Of a stretch of 64,000 bases of DNA, positions 39,813 to 53,106 are shown in pieces. The notes beneath the pieces are model-generated. The model did not search any database, was not told where the DNA came from, and saw only the letters and a list, made by a program, of their open reading frames with translations. Both the position numbers and the translations under genes were made by a program. The first letter of the stretch is position 1; every line of letters starts with the position of its first letter. Source of the DNA: Mytilus edulis (taxonomy: Eukaryota); the NCBI RefSeq assembly GCF_963676685.1, contig NC_092353.1, positions 76,508,001 through 76,572,000 of the forward strand, given 5' to 3'.

Positions 39813-41179
39813 CTGAAAAAGTAATGAATATGTTAAACATAATTGTGGTAATGTGTCTATATATGCATTAGTCATTGTATTTAAATTATACGAAAATTTC
39901 GAAACGGCGACATTAAATGTAATACAGAAGGTGCTCTCGGAAATTCCTAAACCCCAAAACAGGTAGTTTTCCCAAAATGAATGCAGATAGTGTTTAAACT
40001 GATATAAGATTCTGGAGTTTAACAACTTCTAAAATAGTTCTATTCAAATCTTACAAAAAATATCAATCTCTTATCTCTTTTATTTGGCTTACGATATTTA
40101 GTATTTATATACAAAACACTATCACGCGTCTTCAAATGTAACATTACGTCGTGAAACAACAATTAAAGTGGGACAAGAATGTGTCACTAGTACATGGATG
40201 CCTCGCTCGCACTATCATTTTCTATGTTCAGTGGACTGTGAAATTGGGATCAAAACGCATTCAAATTTGAAAGATAATAACATAGGGAACATGTGTACTA
40301 CGTTTCAAGTTCATTGGACTCCAACTTCATTGGACTCCAACTTCATTAAAAACTACCTTGACAAAAACCTTAACTTGAAGCGGGACGGACGAAATAACGA
40401 ACGAATGAAAGGCCGAACAGACTGAATAACATAATGCCCATAAATGAGGATTTAAAGTCAAACAATTGGTTGAATATTCAATATTAATTTTAGCACACAA
40501 TAGACAGGGATTTTCATTGTTGAAGGCTGTGCGGTGACCTATTGTTGTTAATATCTTTGTCATTTGTCTCATTTGCAATCATACCACATCTTTTTTTATA
40601 TTACAAGAAGAAACATCTCATACATTGAACAAGGCGAGAGTAGCTGCTTTTTAAAACTATAATCCAACGTAATGACTGCACTCTATAATTGAACGGGTTT
40701 TCGCTTTTATGCATTAAAATGTCCATAGGTAAATATTTTCGATTATTTATTGATATCATATAATAGTCATGAAACGATTGAATAGAATGTACATTTCATA
40801 CTCATTACTTCCACTTTTTATTTTAAAATTTCTTGTAAATGGTGTCAAAGATGAAATACAGAAAGAAGAGGTGACACAAGATAAATCACCTTTGGTTGCA
40901 AATTTATAGACGTCTTGCTATAATTTCGATGTGATTTTAAAGTTTGAATTAAAATCAGTGTAATAGTTTGAAACGGCAAAGTTCAACAAGATAACTGGGT
41001 TTTACCCAATATTATTATGATCATGTTGGCAATATATACACACGGTACATTGTAGTATAAACATGAAACATAGCAAACAAATTAACATTGGAATAATCAA
41101 AGCATCACTACAAATAAACATAATATTTCAGAATAAAAGTGCTAGAAAAGGTTCAAAACGTACATAATATATATAAATT

Positions 41180-41370
41180 ACCTTCACGATTGGACACACA
41201 AACAGGAAGTAAACAGTCCAAAGTCCAATTTTTGAACTATAGAAATTGTTTATTGTCGGGTACAATCTCATGTCACGTGTTATCTTAATTCGTCTGCAAT
41301 ATTCTTATAATTTCTCTCTTTGATAATGAGGAAAAGAGAGGGAACGAGTGATTAAGTGTTCCTTGTAATC
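41180..41370 (-). promoter_or_regulatory. Putative promoter/first exon/donor of G6
   Basis: Homologous to the 14508 module; donor GAAG|GTAATT; 6-nt deletion within the TATA-like element. Confidence 0.55.
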
Positions 41371-42663
41371 ATTACAACAATAAAAAAAAAAACAGTAACT
41401 AATAAAATCAGTGTTTTTATATATTTATTATAAAAGTCCAACTCTTATATGTATGAATTTCCATTTAAAGTCATACGATGTTTTACAAATTAACCAAACA
41501 TTTTACCTTTGAAACAATGTACGTGTACGTTAACCTTTTTCATCAGGAAAATGAATTGTTGCATAACAAAGCCTTCAGAAAAGTGCTGCTATTGAAAACA
41601 CCTAATCGAATTTTGGTAAAATACGGCGAAAAAACAGCAACAATGACAAGTTATTGTGTGGGTTAAGCATGTTAAGTGTCGCAAAATAAAGATCATCAGT
41701 ACCGAGGGCAAGCTGAAAAGGAGAAAAATTTAGAAAGCAAACATTTTGAAACTTTGATTAATTATGGTCCACGTTTTCAAAACACTTATAAAAGTCATTT
41801 AAATGGTTTGTTTAAAGTGTTTACGATGATTTCAACATGTCTATTTGAAATATTTTATCCATAATACGTTTTTTTTTAACCTGACCCCCCCCCCCCCCTT
41901 CCAATAGACTCAACTTATTGAAACGGTAATAAAATTTCAAACTTTTATCCGTCCAAATTTTTTTATTTTGGATGGCAAAATTCAACCATAATTTTCCCCA
42001 TTAGTGAAATTATTTTTTAAAGAGTAATGCAGATTAATGATTTTCCTTTCCATTTTGTTACGAGTAGCATTGCAATTAGAATACAATTTAATGTGTTTTA
42101 ATTTTGTAAAAGTTATAATAACATGTAGCATTGTGTACGAGGAACCCATTAAGAGAACGTTACATTGTTCTTCAAACGGACAAAACGGGAACATAGAATG
42201 AGAGATGTTCTGTTTCTATTGGTCCTCAATATCTAAATATATAAGACATAACAACTTACTATAAATTCACGTTTCTCCAACTTAAATAATTTAGACATAT
42301 TTTTTTCAGAAAAAAATGTGTATTGCAGAAATATTGTTCTTATCAATACTTTTCTGCACTTCTTTACTTTAATACATGCGTTGATGAAATGAACTTTATC
42401 TTTACCCGCTGATTTATATGGGACACAAATTATCTACTCTACCGACCTCTTTTGATACCTACATTATTGTAACTAACACGTTGTTTCTATTTTTATTCAT
42501 ATAAGAATGTGTATGTTATCGTTTGTCAATCATGACCTGTAACACAATATTTTTCTGATGATTTTTTTTTAATTTGCGATGGTCTGTCACGAAATATCAT
42601 AACATACTAAATAGTATTTGTACACAATAAACCTATCGCTCTCATTTTAGACCTTTATGGATA

Positions 42664-44158
42664 TGTTCCGGACCATATACTCATATGGTCCGACCGTACG
42701 CGTATGGTCGGACCATATGAGTATAATACTCGTTTTGGTTACTAACGGGCCGGACCATATGAGTATGTGGACCATATAGGTATATTTTTTTTTAAATTAT
42801 ATTATAAAAGTTTCAATAATATAAAAACTATATCTAAAAAAAATGATGGTAACATGACAATGTATTATTTTTATAATATAAATACTACGTAAAATTTAAA
42901 TATTGATTCCATAGTTAGTTTTCATCGTTAATTACATTCTTACATGTAGGCTTGGGTGACATTTACTTCCATACGGTATCCGATGATAGTTTTTTTTTGC
43001 ATTTGCAAGTCTTGGTTGTGCACGATCCTTTTCATTTACACCTTTTGTTTGCGAGTGAAAAGCTAGCCGTTTTGTAGCTCTACGTACAGTGACACCGAGG
43101 TCTTGAGCCATTCCGATATGTCTATGGTGTTTTTAAGAAGCTCAAGATCTCAAATATCGTAACATGACTGCAATACATCATATTCACAAACCACTTATAG
43201 AATAAACTATGTTACTTTCCAGTTACTTCTTAATTGTGTAATGTTGTTCAGGTCGAAATATTGCCATTCACTCGTAATAACAAATCGATATTGACCATCG
43301 GTAATGACCATAAGTATAAAATGTGTTTATTATAGTTTTGACAAGTAAGTAAAATTTACTAGGTGAAACTTCTAATTTTTATTTAGCTTATCTTTTTATT
43401 ATAATATAATAGTAAAATTACCTATATGATAGCGTCTTTTTGATGAACGGTCATACCATATGAAGAGTTTAGAAGTATTAAAGTCATAAGAAACCTCAAA
43501 AAAATGCATATGTTTTTTTATAACTCAATGGATAGTTTTCATTATAAAACTTATGTACTTATACTTTTTTCTGAAGAAAATTCTTTAGTTTATTCATATT
43601 TAAAAGAAGTTTACTTCATTTTCAATGCTTCCTTCCAGGAAGAAATTCCCCCGACATATTTTCCGTATGCAAAGTGACCTCAGTGTGACCCATCTCGTAA
43701 AAATCCGGTGATCACGCATGGATGTCCTTAAAATAAACTATTATCTGAATTTACAACACGTGCTCAATTTCCATGTTTTTTGTTGATTTTTTGTCGATTG
43801 TTGACAAACAGGTGACAATCGTTAAACTTCGGCTTCAAAACACGAACTTTAATTACCTAGCATATTTTCACAACAACACTGACCGATTGAAAAAAAAATT
43901 GACGATAATACGAAATTTACACGAAAAAAATGATAAATTCGTGCACAGAATACTAAGTTTATGAAGTTTGTATGCATTGGTTCAAGAATTTGTAGAGCAT
44001 TATTTTTTCACCGGTCACTCGTTTCTTATGACTTTAAAAGTAAACTGTAACAGAGTGTTAATTACCCCACCCATACGCGTACGGTCGGACCATACGCGTA
44101 TAGTTGGACCATATGAGTATATACCCATATAGTCCAAATACTCATATCGTCCGGAACA
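42664..44158. mobile_element. MITE with palindromic subterminal repeats (GGACCATACGCGTATGGTCC-type)
   Basis: Ends TGTTCCGGAC...GTCCGGAACA; repeated GGACCATATGAGTAT and ACCGTACGCGTATGGTCGG motifs; paralogous spacer near 59520 is empty; hosts a nested element. Confidence 0.75.
43482..44033 (+). mobile_element. Kolobok-like non-autonomous element (TTAA target duplication)
   Basis: TTAA|AGTCATAAGAAAC...GTTTCTTATGACT|TTAA; AG..CT termini; very similar inverted copy at 53107-53675. Confidence 0.8.
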
Positions 44159-45472
44159 AATACATAATTAATATTTTTGATTATACTTTTTTATTACATT
44201 GGTTGCAATGAATTACATTGATGTCCAAGTTAAATAGAAACCAATTATTGCACATGTGAAATAAAAGTGGTTTTTTCCCTCTCTGACGTCATACAACAAT
44301 AGGCGTTGTCAAGTCGTCGATAACGGCGGATCAAAACAAATTATGAATGCGTAGAAAAAAAGATATAGTTCCTTACATATTTTACATTAAATTCTTTTAA
44401 AAAAGATATTTGCCAAATGAATGTAATAAAAAGAATAACTCGTGACCAAAGAACACTGATAACTAACCCATGCTCTACGCCCATTCGTGAATTAATGTGT
44501 TGTTCGGTCACTCCATAGAGGGTGAATAAAATCCATAAGGGATTCGGCCTCTGGCCTCACCCCCCTCCTGTTATGGATTTTACTAACCCTTTATGGATCC
44601 ATAGGGGTCAGTAGCGAACCATATAACTTATAATATTGTTCTTGTTGTATCTAGCACGTTAGGTATGAACTCGCAAACATATATAGAAATGTCGTCTCTT
44701 AGCCATGTATGATGTTTTGTGTTACATCCCTATACACCAAGTCAGATGAGAAAAGAAAATTATTTATATATCTAACTCGAACTAGGGTAATGCAGTCATG
44801 TGCTATTGATTTGAAGTCTCGGTAGTTTAAGTTTAAAACCCGGTCAGTAAATGATATATATTTACAGTATTGTTCTCTTTTTTCTCTATTTTTATCCATT
44901 ATTCTCAAATCTGTGTACCCAATCTACTCCCTCATATACGTCAATGAGACAGCATTTACTGCATGTACTAATAACGTCATCATATAAATTGACAACTAGT
45001 TAATTGATTAATAAACACCTATAGAAAAATAATTACTCAAACAACAATATTTAAAAATCATAAAAAAAACATTTAATGACCAACAAAGGGATGATTAAAA
45101 CTTACACATGCCTTGAACCAATTCTCCTAGGGTCGACAAGTGGAATTAATTTTCTAATACTTAGATATATGATATTTTCTATTTTTTCCTGGACGAGTCA
45201 ATCTCTCAACTTTGTTACGTAACTAACAGTCCTGTTGATGAAAATATTTCATCCGATGCTACCGAAGTTGAGGAATGACTAGAACACGACGATTAGGTAA
45301 AAGTATAAGCATTGGAAAGGTGCTCTTGTTCTGGTCAAAGGAATTCTAAAAGACAATGTAAAGCAAACATTCGATTTTTTATTTTTTTAAATTTTGATTA
45401 ATATTCAATCTCCTTGGACATGTTGGAGGCTCTCTTAATGAAAATATGTTTTCTATAACATTTAAACAGGTA

Positions 45473-47178
45473 TTAGGCAATGTCAAATTTGAGGAGCTTT
45501 CCGGAGTATGATACAACACACAGGTTCGTAACATGAAAATACATTCCGTATGAATTCATAATTCCATCTTCTGCGGTGAGTAATATTCTGCTATTTCTTC
45601 CGTCTGGCGATATCAACACGACTCTTTCGTTGCTATTCGAAGTCACGGAAACGATACCGTGTTGATCAACTCCTATTCCTGTTACACAATTCATAATTGA
45701 TTTGTTCTTGTATATCCAAGGATTGTCTCCCTTTACACTGTAGCATTTGACTGTATAACAATTATTAGTATAGTAAAGGCTCTCACCTGAGGTTGCTATA
45801 TAACTATAATGGTTTTTTATGGTGCAATCCTCCACAAGTGTACATATTTTAAAGTTTGACAGTTGTATCCCTACGATCCCTTTCCCTTTTTCACAGTATA
45901 TAATCTGTCCTTGTCTGTATGTAATACCTCCACCAGCGCCTGTGTTGATTGTTTTAGTAACTTGTTTGCTCTTCGTGTCTATAATTTGTATTTTATTGTC
46001 GCTAAACAGTGTAACAGCTACCGTTTTGTCATCAATACATGTAACATCAAATGGATATAGAGGCGAGAGACTTATTTCAGTAGATAAACTGCAATCACTT
46101 TGTACGATAATTAATCTGTTATTGAAAAAACAGTCCGCAAATATCATCCTTCCATCAGGAAAGACTGATGATCCTGTTATACATGTACGGGATTGTCCTG
46201 ATGGAAGCTGGAATTCATTTATCAATGAAGCAGTAAAGTCATCAATAGATTTACTACGGGGTGGAACAGCTGTGAAAATCTGAGCCTGCTTTTCATGACC
46301 GACGCCAATGACGATTGGCGATTGACTTTTTTCAATTGTTATTGATCCAAATGCAGTAATATCGGAGAATTTGTCTGTAATATTATCGTCTATCTGGCAT
46401 TTCAAACCTATTTGGCTAAATCCATCATCTTCCGATAGATTTTGTATGCATTTTAACTCATCAGTGACGTCCTTTTCTAACATTTTACTACCAATGAAAG
46501 CCTGCAGATCGGATCCATGTTGTTTGACGGACATGAGATTTGTCTTCAAAAGCTCAAGTGTTGTCATTTTTGTGGATAAATTATCAAGGAGGGTTTAATT
46601 TTAAGTTTCAGTTGTGTTTCAATTGAATTAAAATCGTCTATTATGTTTTTCTCTAATTCATCTAAGCGGGAATTTACCTTTCGTCTTTTGTCTTTTATAT
46701 CATATAAGCTTTTTAAATGATGTTGCTTTATTTCATCAAGATTGGCTTTCCGGTCCTTTACTACCCTCTCAATGTTTTCCTGAATATCTTTCAGAAACTT
46801 CTCTAAACTGTCAAATAAAGTGGAAAATCTTGATGACTTTATAACGTCGTCAATTAAGAACATGCCAGTGCATTCTTGGTGTTTTTCGGATATACAAATT
46901 ATACAACAAAGTTTGTCATGACGTGGACAAAACATTTGGAAGTTTTTGTCGTGCTCTGTACAGTTCTGTTTAATTTTACAGATCTCAGCCGGAAGTTTCT
47001 TGTAGTCATCGATAGAAATAATTCCATGTTTCCTCGACGCTATTGACACGCCATGATAATTTTTACATGTCGAACACAGACCTTCGTCACATTCAGGACA
47101 CCAGTAATCAGCAACATGTGAAGCATCCTGAGCAACACAGATACCACACAATATAACATCTACATCTGAGGCAGCCAT
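45473..47178 (-). pseudogene. TRIM-like gene with a single 1-bp frameshift (G7)
   Basis: ORFs 46564-47178 and 45473-46567 join into a 568-aa protein if one C is restored between 46596 and 46597 (GGGTTTAATT vs GGGTTTCAATT in paralogs). Confidence 0.8.
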
Positions 47179-47340
47179 CTGAAAAAGTAATGAATATGTT
47201 AAACAGATATTAAAAAATGTAATCAACATAATGGTGATGTCTATGCTTTAGTCATTGCATTTGAATCATACGAAAATTTCGAAACGGTGCCATTAAATGT
47301 AATACAGAAGGTGTTCTCGGAAATTCATAAACCCAAAAAA

Positions 47341-47405
47341 TCAGCAACGTGTGAAGCATGCTGAGCATCACATATACCACACAGTATAACATCTGAGGCA
47401 GCCAT
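47341..47405 (-). pseudogene. 5'-terminal remnant of a type-D TRIM-like gene
   Basis: TAG|ATG then MAASDVILCGICDAQHASHVA; upstream 47406-51060 is homologous to the G5 upstream region 29089-31930. Confidence 0.85.
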
Positions 47406-50009
47406 CTAAAATACAGGCGATGAATTATTTAAGAAATTTCACACGAATTAATTGATGCAACTGACTGTTGAAAACAATCACATTTTGAACAATTGAACTC
47501 AAGACATTGGTCAATAATGTCTTATATTTTTCTTTTTTTTTTCTTTTCTAGGACAGATTGTATAGCATAAATTTCAGTATCGCTTTTTTCGTTCATTTTT
47601 TTTTATATAAATAAGGCCGTTAGTCTACTCGTTTGAATTGTATTACATTGTCTTATCAGGGCATTTTATAGCTGACTATGCGGTATGAGATTTGAGATTT
47701 AGATTTGCTCATTGTTGAAGGCCGTACGGTGACCTACAATTGTTAATGTCTGTGTCATTTTGGTCTCTTGTGGACAGTTGTCTCATTGGCAATCATACCA
47801 CATCTTCTTTTTTTTATATTTATACAAAATAGAGGTAAATCTAGCTTTTAAACCAAGTTTCATCCACCGTTATCTTCAGGAGATGCATGTCTGTACCAAG
47901 TACACAACATGAAAGTATTTTTAAGTCGTTCTATTGCTTGTTTTTTTTTGTTGTTTTTGTTTTTGTTTTATAGACTGTTTTCCTTAACGTAAAACTTGTG
48001 TATACAAACTTTATCGGTTGAACAAGTCAAAGAGATAACTTATCTAAACCGTTTTTCTTGATTAAAGAATAACATTAAGAATGGAAACGAAGAACGTGTC
48101 AAGGTGTAATACCAACATTGATTTCCCTCTATTAGTCTTTGTTAAATTTGCACTTTTCAAAAACATGTGCAGAATTTATCTTTGTTTTCAATAAAGAAAT
48201 ACTTAGCATGAGTAAAGTTTTATCCTGTCGAGTAATATAGAAAAAAACTCAATTTACATTTCATTGCATATAAAAAAAAACAACAATCATCACTGGAAGT
48301 TAACCTATCAAATTCTCACCTCTTTCTTAATTGTAAACAAGCTTAAGTAAGCATGTAACCTCAAGTTTCCAAAATATTATACAGAAATCCAAAATAAAAT
48401 AATATTGTGCTTTAAAATGCCCAAGATATATGTTTATGACCCAGAAATGTTTTATTTAAATGAAATGTAGGATTAGTTACCTACAACTGAAGAATTCAAG
48501 GGAATATTTTTTTGTATGCAACTGGGTGTGACTGTGACGTACTATGATTTAATGGTATTACACTTCAACGAGACAAAAACCAAATCACAGATCAATAACA
48601 GACCATTTATCTGTCAGAACCTTACTTATTTGAAGTTCATTTCAAATATTTGACAAAAAAGCTCATAATCTGCATACTGACTCTGTGTATGTATACAGAT
48701 AAACCCGTGCCAGAAAAGATTTATTTTGTTCCTACAGAACTTTTGAGTTTCCCATCGGGTATCAGTTGTATTGTTTTTATTGATTGATATAAACAACAGA
48801 TGAACAATAAATATACAATAATAGTTGATTAGGGAATAAGATTATAACACATTGTCGACTACTCTATCCTTGTTTTTGACATATTTACCTTTTATTTTTG
48901 TTTTACACATCGTTTTCAATATAATGGTATTGTTTGCAACTGCCATGCAAGTAAGAGTCCGTGTTGAAGACCGTACCTTGACCTATAATGGTTTACTTTT
49001 ATAATTGTAAAATTGATGGAGAGTTGTTTTATTGGCACTGATACCACATCTTCCTATATCTTTTTTTATCGAAAGAGTTATCTCCCAAAACACTGTTTCT
49101 ATTTCCGAGAAGATAATGACACAATTTCTTTTTCTGAGAGAGTTTGAATGTCTCTGTGGTATCTTCCGTGTCTTTCTTATACTTCTGAGAAACGAGAATT
49201 TGACGATTGATATAATAAAGTCATCACGGGTTGTCATATGTGCTTGTTTTATGTCGTTCATTTACGTAAATATCAAAGAAACGACAGAGGAATGAAGCAG
49301 ACCATCTAGTTTATGAATTTCAAGTTCACTGAGATATATGTGATGCAAGCAACGCAGTATATACATTTTTGTTATCAGTGCTCTACCACTGAATAATTGA
49401 TTTGACCATCTAAATTTTTGTTACAAGCGCATCTGCTCAATTGTTCGTTATCACAAAAGCGTTTGTCGTACTATAATATATGCTGGTATAGTTTTATTAT
49501 ATAATGCCCATCAGTATCACATTACATAATTTTAGTAAGTAAAACGTATAATTACAAGATGACAAAATGCTTTAAACACAAGGAAACACACTGTTTAGCG
49601 TCTGATGTTAATTAATACTACGTTGTATTTTATCATTTTATTTCACCATTTGATTAAAGTCTTTCCGTTTTGAATTTTCCTCGGAGTTCATTTTTTTATG
49701 ATTTTACGTTTTGAGTACAAACACCTGTAGAATATAGAAAGAAAATAAATCATAACAAATCACAAATATATAAGTGCAACATTACATTTAGTTTGAATCG
49801 ACAGGCCTTAGAAGTCCCAACCAGCTGATATCAATTAAGTTTTATCAACACATGAAAACATGAATTATTGGTAGAAATACATGTTGCATATTTGATTAAA
49901 TAAATATTTACACAAACGAGATACAAACTTTATCGAAAAGGATTTGCACTTTAGTATTAAATAAAGATATAAATAGCAACAACCGTACAACAGATCATAG
50001 TTATTTAAA

Positions 50010-50445
50010 GGGAAAACGGTACTATTTATTCTGCCATAGGCGACAATACTAACATTTTCTAAATTTACCATTTTTATAATAAAAACCTGGATAAAACAGT
50101 TATGTGTGGTGTTAGCACTTTATTACTTTATTCTAAAACTTGAAGCCAAATAGTATCATGACCAATTTCCAATGGAACTTTGTTTATGTTATCCATGCCC
50201 ACCGTCATTTTGCACCAAATTTATGAAATTTTGGAAGCCTTTTCGAATAATTCTCTAGAAAATATTTCAACAGGTTTTAAAATTTATATTGTAAATTTAC
50301 ACACTGCAGTTATACATAGATAAATAAAAAAATATATTGTACCTGTACATCCAATCACAGCGCTCCTAAGTTGACTTCCTTCACCTGTCTTGGGTACACA
50401 CAAGGCCAACCTAATGCTGGGAAAATGTAATACTACCGTTTTCCC
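50010..50445. mobile_element. 436-bp MITE, Kolobok-like
   Basis: TIR GGGAAAACGGTA/TACCGTTTTCCC with TAAA duplicated; paralogous site near 31250 (TTATTTAAAGTAGATT) is empty. Confidence 0.8.
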
Positions 50446-51264
50446 TAAAGTAGATTGTTTTATTGCTTCACTAATGTTTTAATTGGTCTTAATGCGTAAA
50501 ATAAGTCGGAAATAAGACTTAGTAAATTCGTTGTAGTAACTAGCAAAATACCAAATCAATTTGCCTCTTAAGACATCTGGATTTCGATTCTAAGTTTGAA
50601 GCTTTGTAACGGTGAAATATACCTGATTTTATCCGCGTAACATTTTTTGGCGCCATACTAAATCTTTCACTTATTTTCGAATTTACTGAAACAAAGACAT
50701 GCAAAAAGGGGAACAACTTGAAAGTGTTCGTGAAGACATACTTCAATTAAATGATGACGTCTTGTCCACTTGAAATAATATGTAAAGATAGGAAAGACAG
50801 CATTAAAACCGTCACGTTCGTGTTGACAATGTTTGTGGAGCAGGCTCTGCTTACCCTTCCGGAGCACATGAGATCGTCACCAGGTTTTGATAGGTTCGCG
50901 TTGCTAAGTCTTTAGTTTTTTGTATGTTTTGTTTTGTTAAAAGTTGTTTGCCTTATGGTTCTTTAACTTTCATTTACTTCTAGAACATGATTTACATTGC
51001 TAATCTCCATTCCTCCAGAAACAATTAATTTATTTACAGGAAATACAAAAGACTGAAAACAGCATAAGACCATCTTTGAATTTTTAACTTAGCATAATAA
51101 AATCCTGCACACGGAGGCCGAGTAAATCTTGCCCCTTTAAAAAAACGGTGTACTAGTTCAGTGATAATGAATGTCACACTAAACTCCAAAAAATATGGAG
51201 GCTGGCTCTCTTACTGAAAATATGTTTTCTATAACATTTTAACAGGTAACCTAATAGTCAAGAA

Positions 51265-52971
51265 TTAAGCAATGTCAAACTTGAGGAGCTTTCCGGAGTA
51301 AGATACAACACGCAAATTATTAATATGAAAATACATTCCGTATGAATTCGTAATTCCATCTTTTGCGGTGAGTAATGTTCTGCTATTTTTTCCATCTGAC
51401 GATATCAACACGACTCTTTCGTTGGTATTCGAAATCACGGAAACGATACCGTGTTGATTAACAGATATTCCAGTTACACCATTTATAATTGATTTGTTAT
51501 TGTATTCCCAATGTTTGTCTCCCTTTAAACTGTAGCATTTGACTGTAGAACGATTATCAGTATAGTAAAGGTTCTCACCTGAGGTTGCTATGTAACTATA
51601 ATCGTATTTTATGGTGCAATCCTCCACAAGTGTATATATTTTAAAGTTTGACAGTTGTATCCCTACGATCCCTTTCCCTTTTTCACAGTAAATAATGTGT
51701 CCTTGTCTGTATGTAATACCTCCACCAGCGCCTGTGTTGATTGTTTTGGTAACTTGTTTGTTCTTTGTGTCTATAATTTGTATTTTATTGTTGTTAAAAG
51801 TTGTAACAGCTACCGTTTTGTCATCAATACATGTAACATCAAATGGATGTAGGGACGAGAGACGTATTTCAGTAGATAAACTGCCATCACTTTGTACGAT
51901 TATTAATCTGTTATTTAAATGACAGTCCGCTAATATTATCCTTCCATCAGGAAAGACTGATGATCCTGTTATACACGAACTGTATTGTCCTTCTGGAACC
52001 TTGACATCTCCAATCAATGAAGCAGTAATATCACCAAACGATCTACTACAGGATGGTACAGCCGTGAAAGTCTGAGCTTGCATCTGATGACCGACACCAA
52101 TGACGATTGGCGATTGACTTTTTTCAATTGTTATTGATCCGAATGCAGGGATTTTGGATAATATGACTGTAATCTTATCGTCTATCTGGCATTTCAAACC
52201 TAATTGGCTAAATCCATCATCTTCTGATAGGTTTTGTATGCATTTTAACTCATCACTGACGTCCTTTTCTAACATTTTACTACCAATGAAAGCCTGCAGA
52301 TCGGAGCCATGTTGTTTGACGGACATGATATTTGTCTTCAAAAGCTCAATTGTTGTCATTTTTGTGGATAACTTATCAAGGAGTGCTTCAATTTTAAGTT
52401 TCAGTTGTGTTTCAGTTGAATTCAAATCGTCAATTATGGTTTTCTCTAATTCATCTAAGCGGGAATTTACGTTTCGTCTTTTGTCTTTTATATCATTTAA
52501 GATTTTTAAATGATGTTGCTTTATTTTATCAAGATTGGCTTCCCGATCCTTTACTACCTTCTCAATGTTATCCTGAATATCTTTTAGAGTCTTTTCCAAA
52601 CTGTCAAACAAGGTGGAGGATCTTGATGACTTAATGGCGTCGTCAATTAAGAACATTCCAGTGCATTCTTTGTGGTTTTCAGACACGTACATTATACAGC
52701 AAAGTTGGTCATGACGTGGACAAAACATTTGGAATTTCTTGTCGTGTTCTGTACAATTTTGTTCAATTTTACAAATTTCAACCGGAAGTTTCTTGTAGTC
52801 GTCAATAGAAATTATCCCATGTTGTCTGGAAGCTTTTGATATGCTGTGGTAATTTTTACATGTCGAACACAGGCCTTCGTCGCATTCAGGACACCAGTAA
52901 TCAGCAACGTGTGATGTATGCTGAACATCACAGATTCCACACAGTATAACATCTACATTTGAGGCAGCCAT
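51265..52971 (-). CDS. RING-less TRIM-like B-box/coiled-coil/NHL protein, 568 aa (G8, type B)
   Basis: Uninterrupted ORF; TAG acceptor directly before ATG; one B-box2 Cys replaced by Tyr. Confidence 0.9.
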   Translation of the reverse strand: MAASNVDVILCGICDVQHTSHVADYWCPECDEGLCSTCKNYHSISKASRQHGIISIDDYKKLPVEICKIEQNCTEHDKKFQMFCPRHDQLCCIMYVSENHKECTGMFLIDDAIKSSRSSTLFDSLEKTLKDIQDNIEKVVKDREANLDKIKQHHLKILNDIKDKRRNVNSRLDELEKTIIDDLNSTETQLKLKIEALLDKLSTKMTTIELLKTNIMSVKQHGSDLQAFIGSKMLEKDVSDELKCIQNLSEDDGFSQLGLKCQIDDKITVILSKIPAFGSITIEKSQSPIVIGVGHQMQAQTFTAVPSCSRSFGDITASLIGDVKVPEGQYSSCITGSSVFPDGRIILADCHLNNRLIIVQSDGSLSTEIRLSSLHPFDVTCIDDKTVAVTTFNNNKIQIIDTKNKQVTKTINTGAGGGITYRQGHIIYCEKGKGIVGIQLSNFKIYTLVEDCTIKYDYSYIATSGENLYYTDNRSTVKCYSLKGDKHWEYNNKSIINGVTGISVNQHGIVSVISNTNERVVLISSDGKNSRTLLTAKDGITNSYGMYFHINNLRVVSYSGKLLKFDIA

Positions 52972-53106
52972 CTAAAATACAGACGATAAATTCTTAAAAT
53001 GAATATATCTGAAAGAATAATGTGTATGTTTATAAACAGATATTGAAACCTGTACCCAGCGTCATATATTTTTGAAATGTTTGTAATGTTTAAATTATTA
53101 TATTAA

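Noticed and set aside
39813-40025. 71-aa N-terminal extension of the 634-aa ORF (also the 17-aa extension at 47179-47229)
   Set aside because: Open by chance through the AT-rich intron end; it ends in a polypyrimidine-CAG acceptor and is not kept open in paralogs
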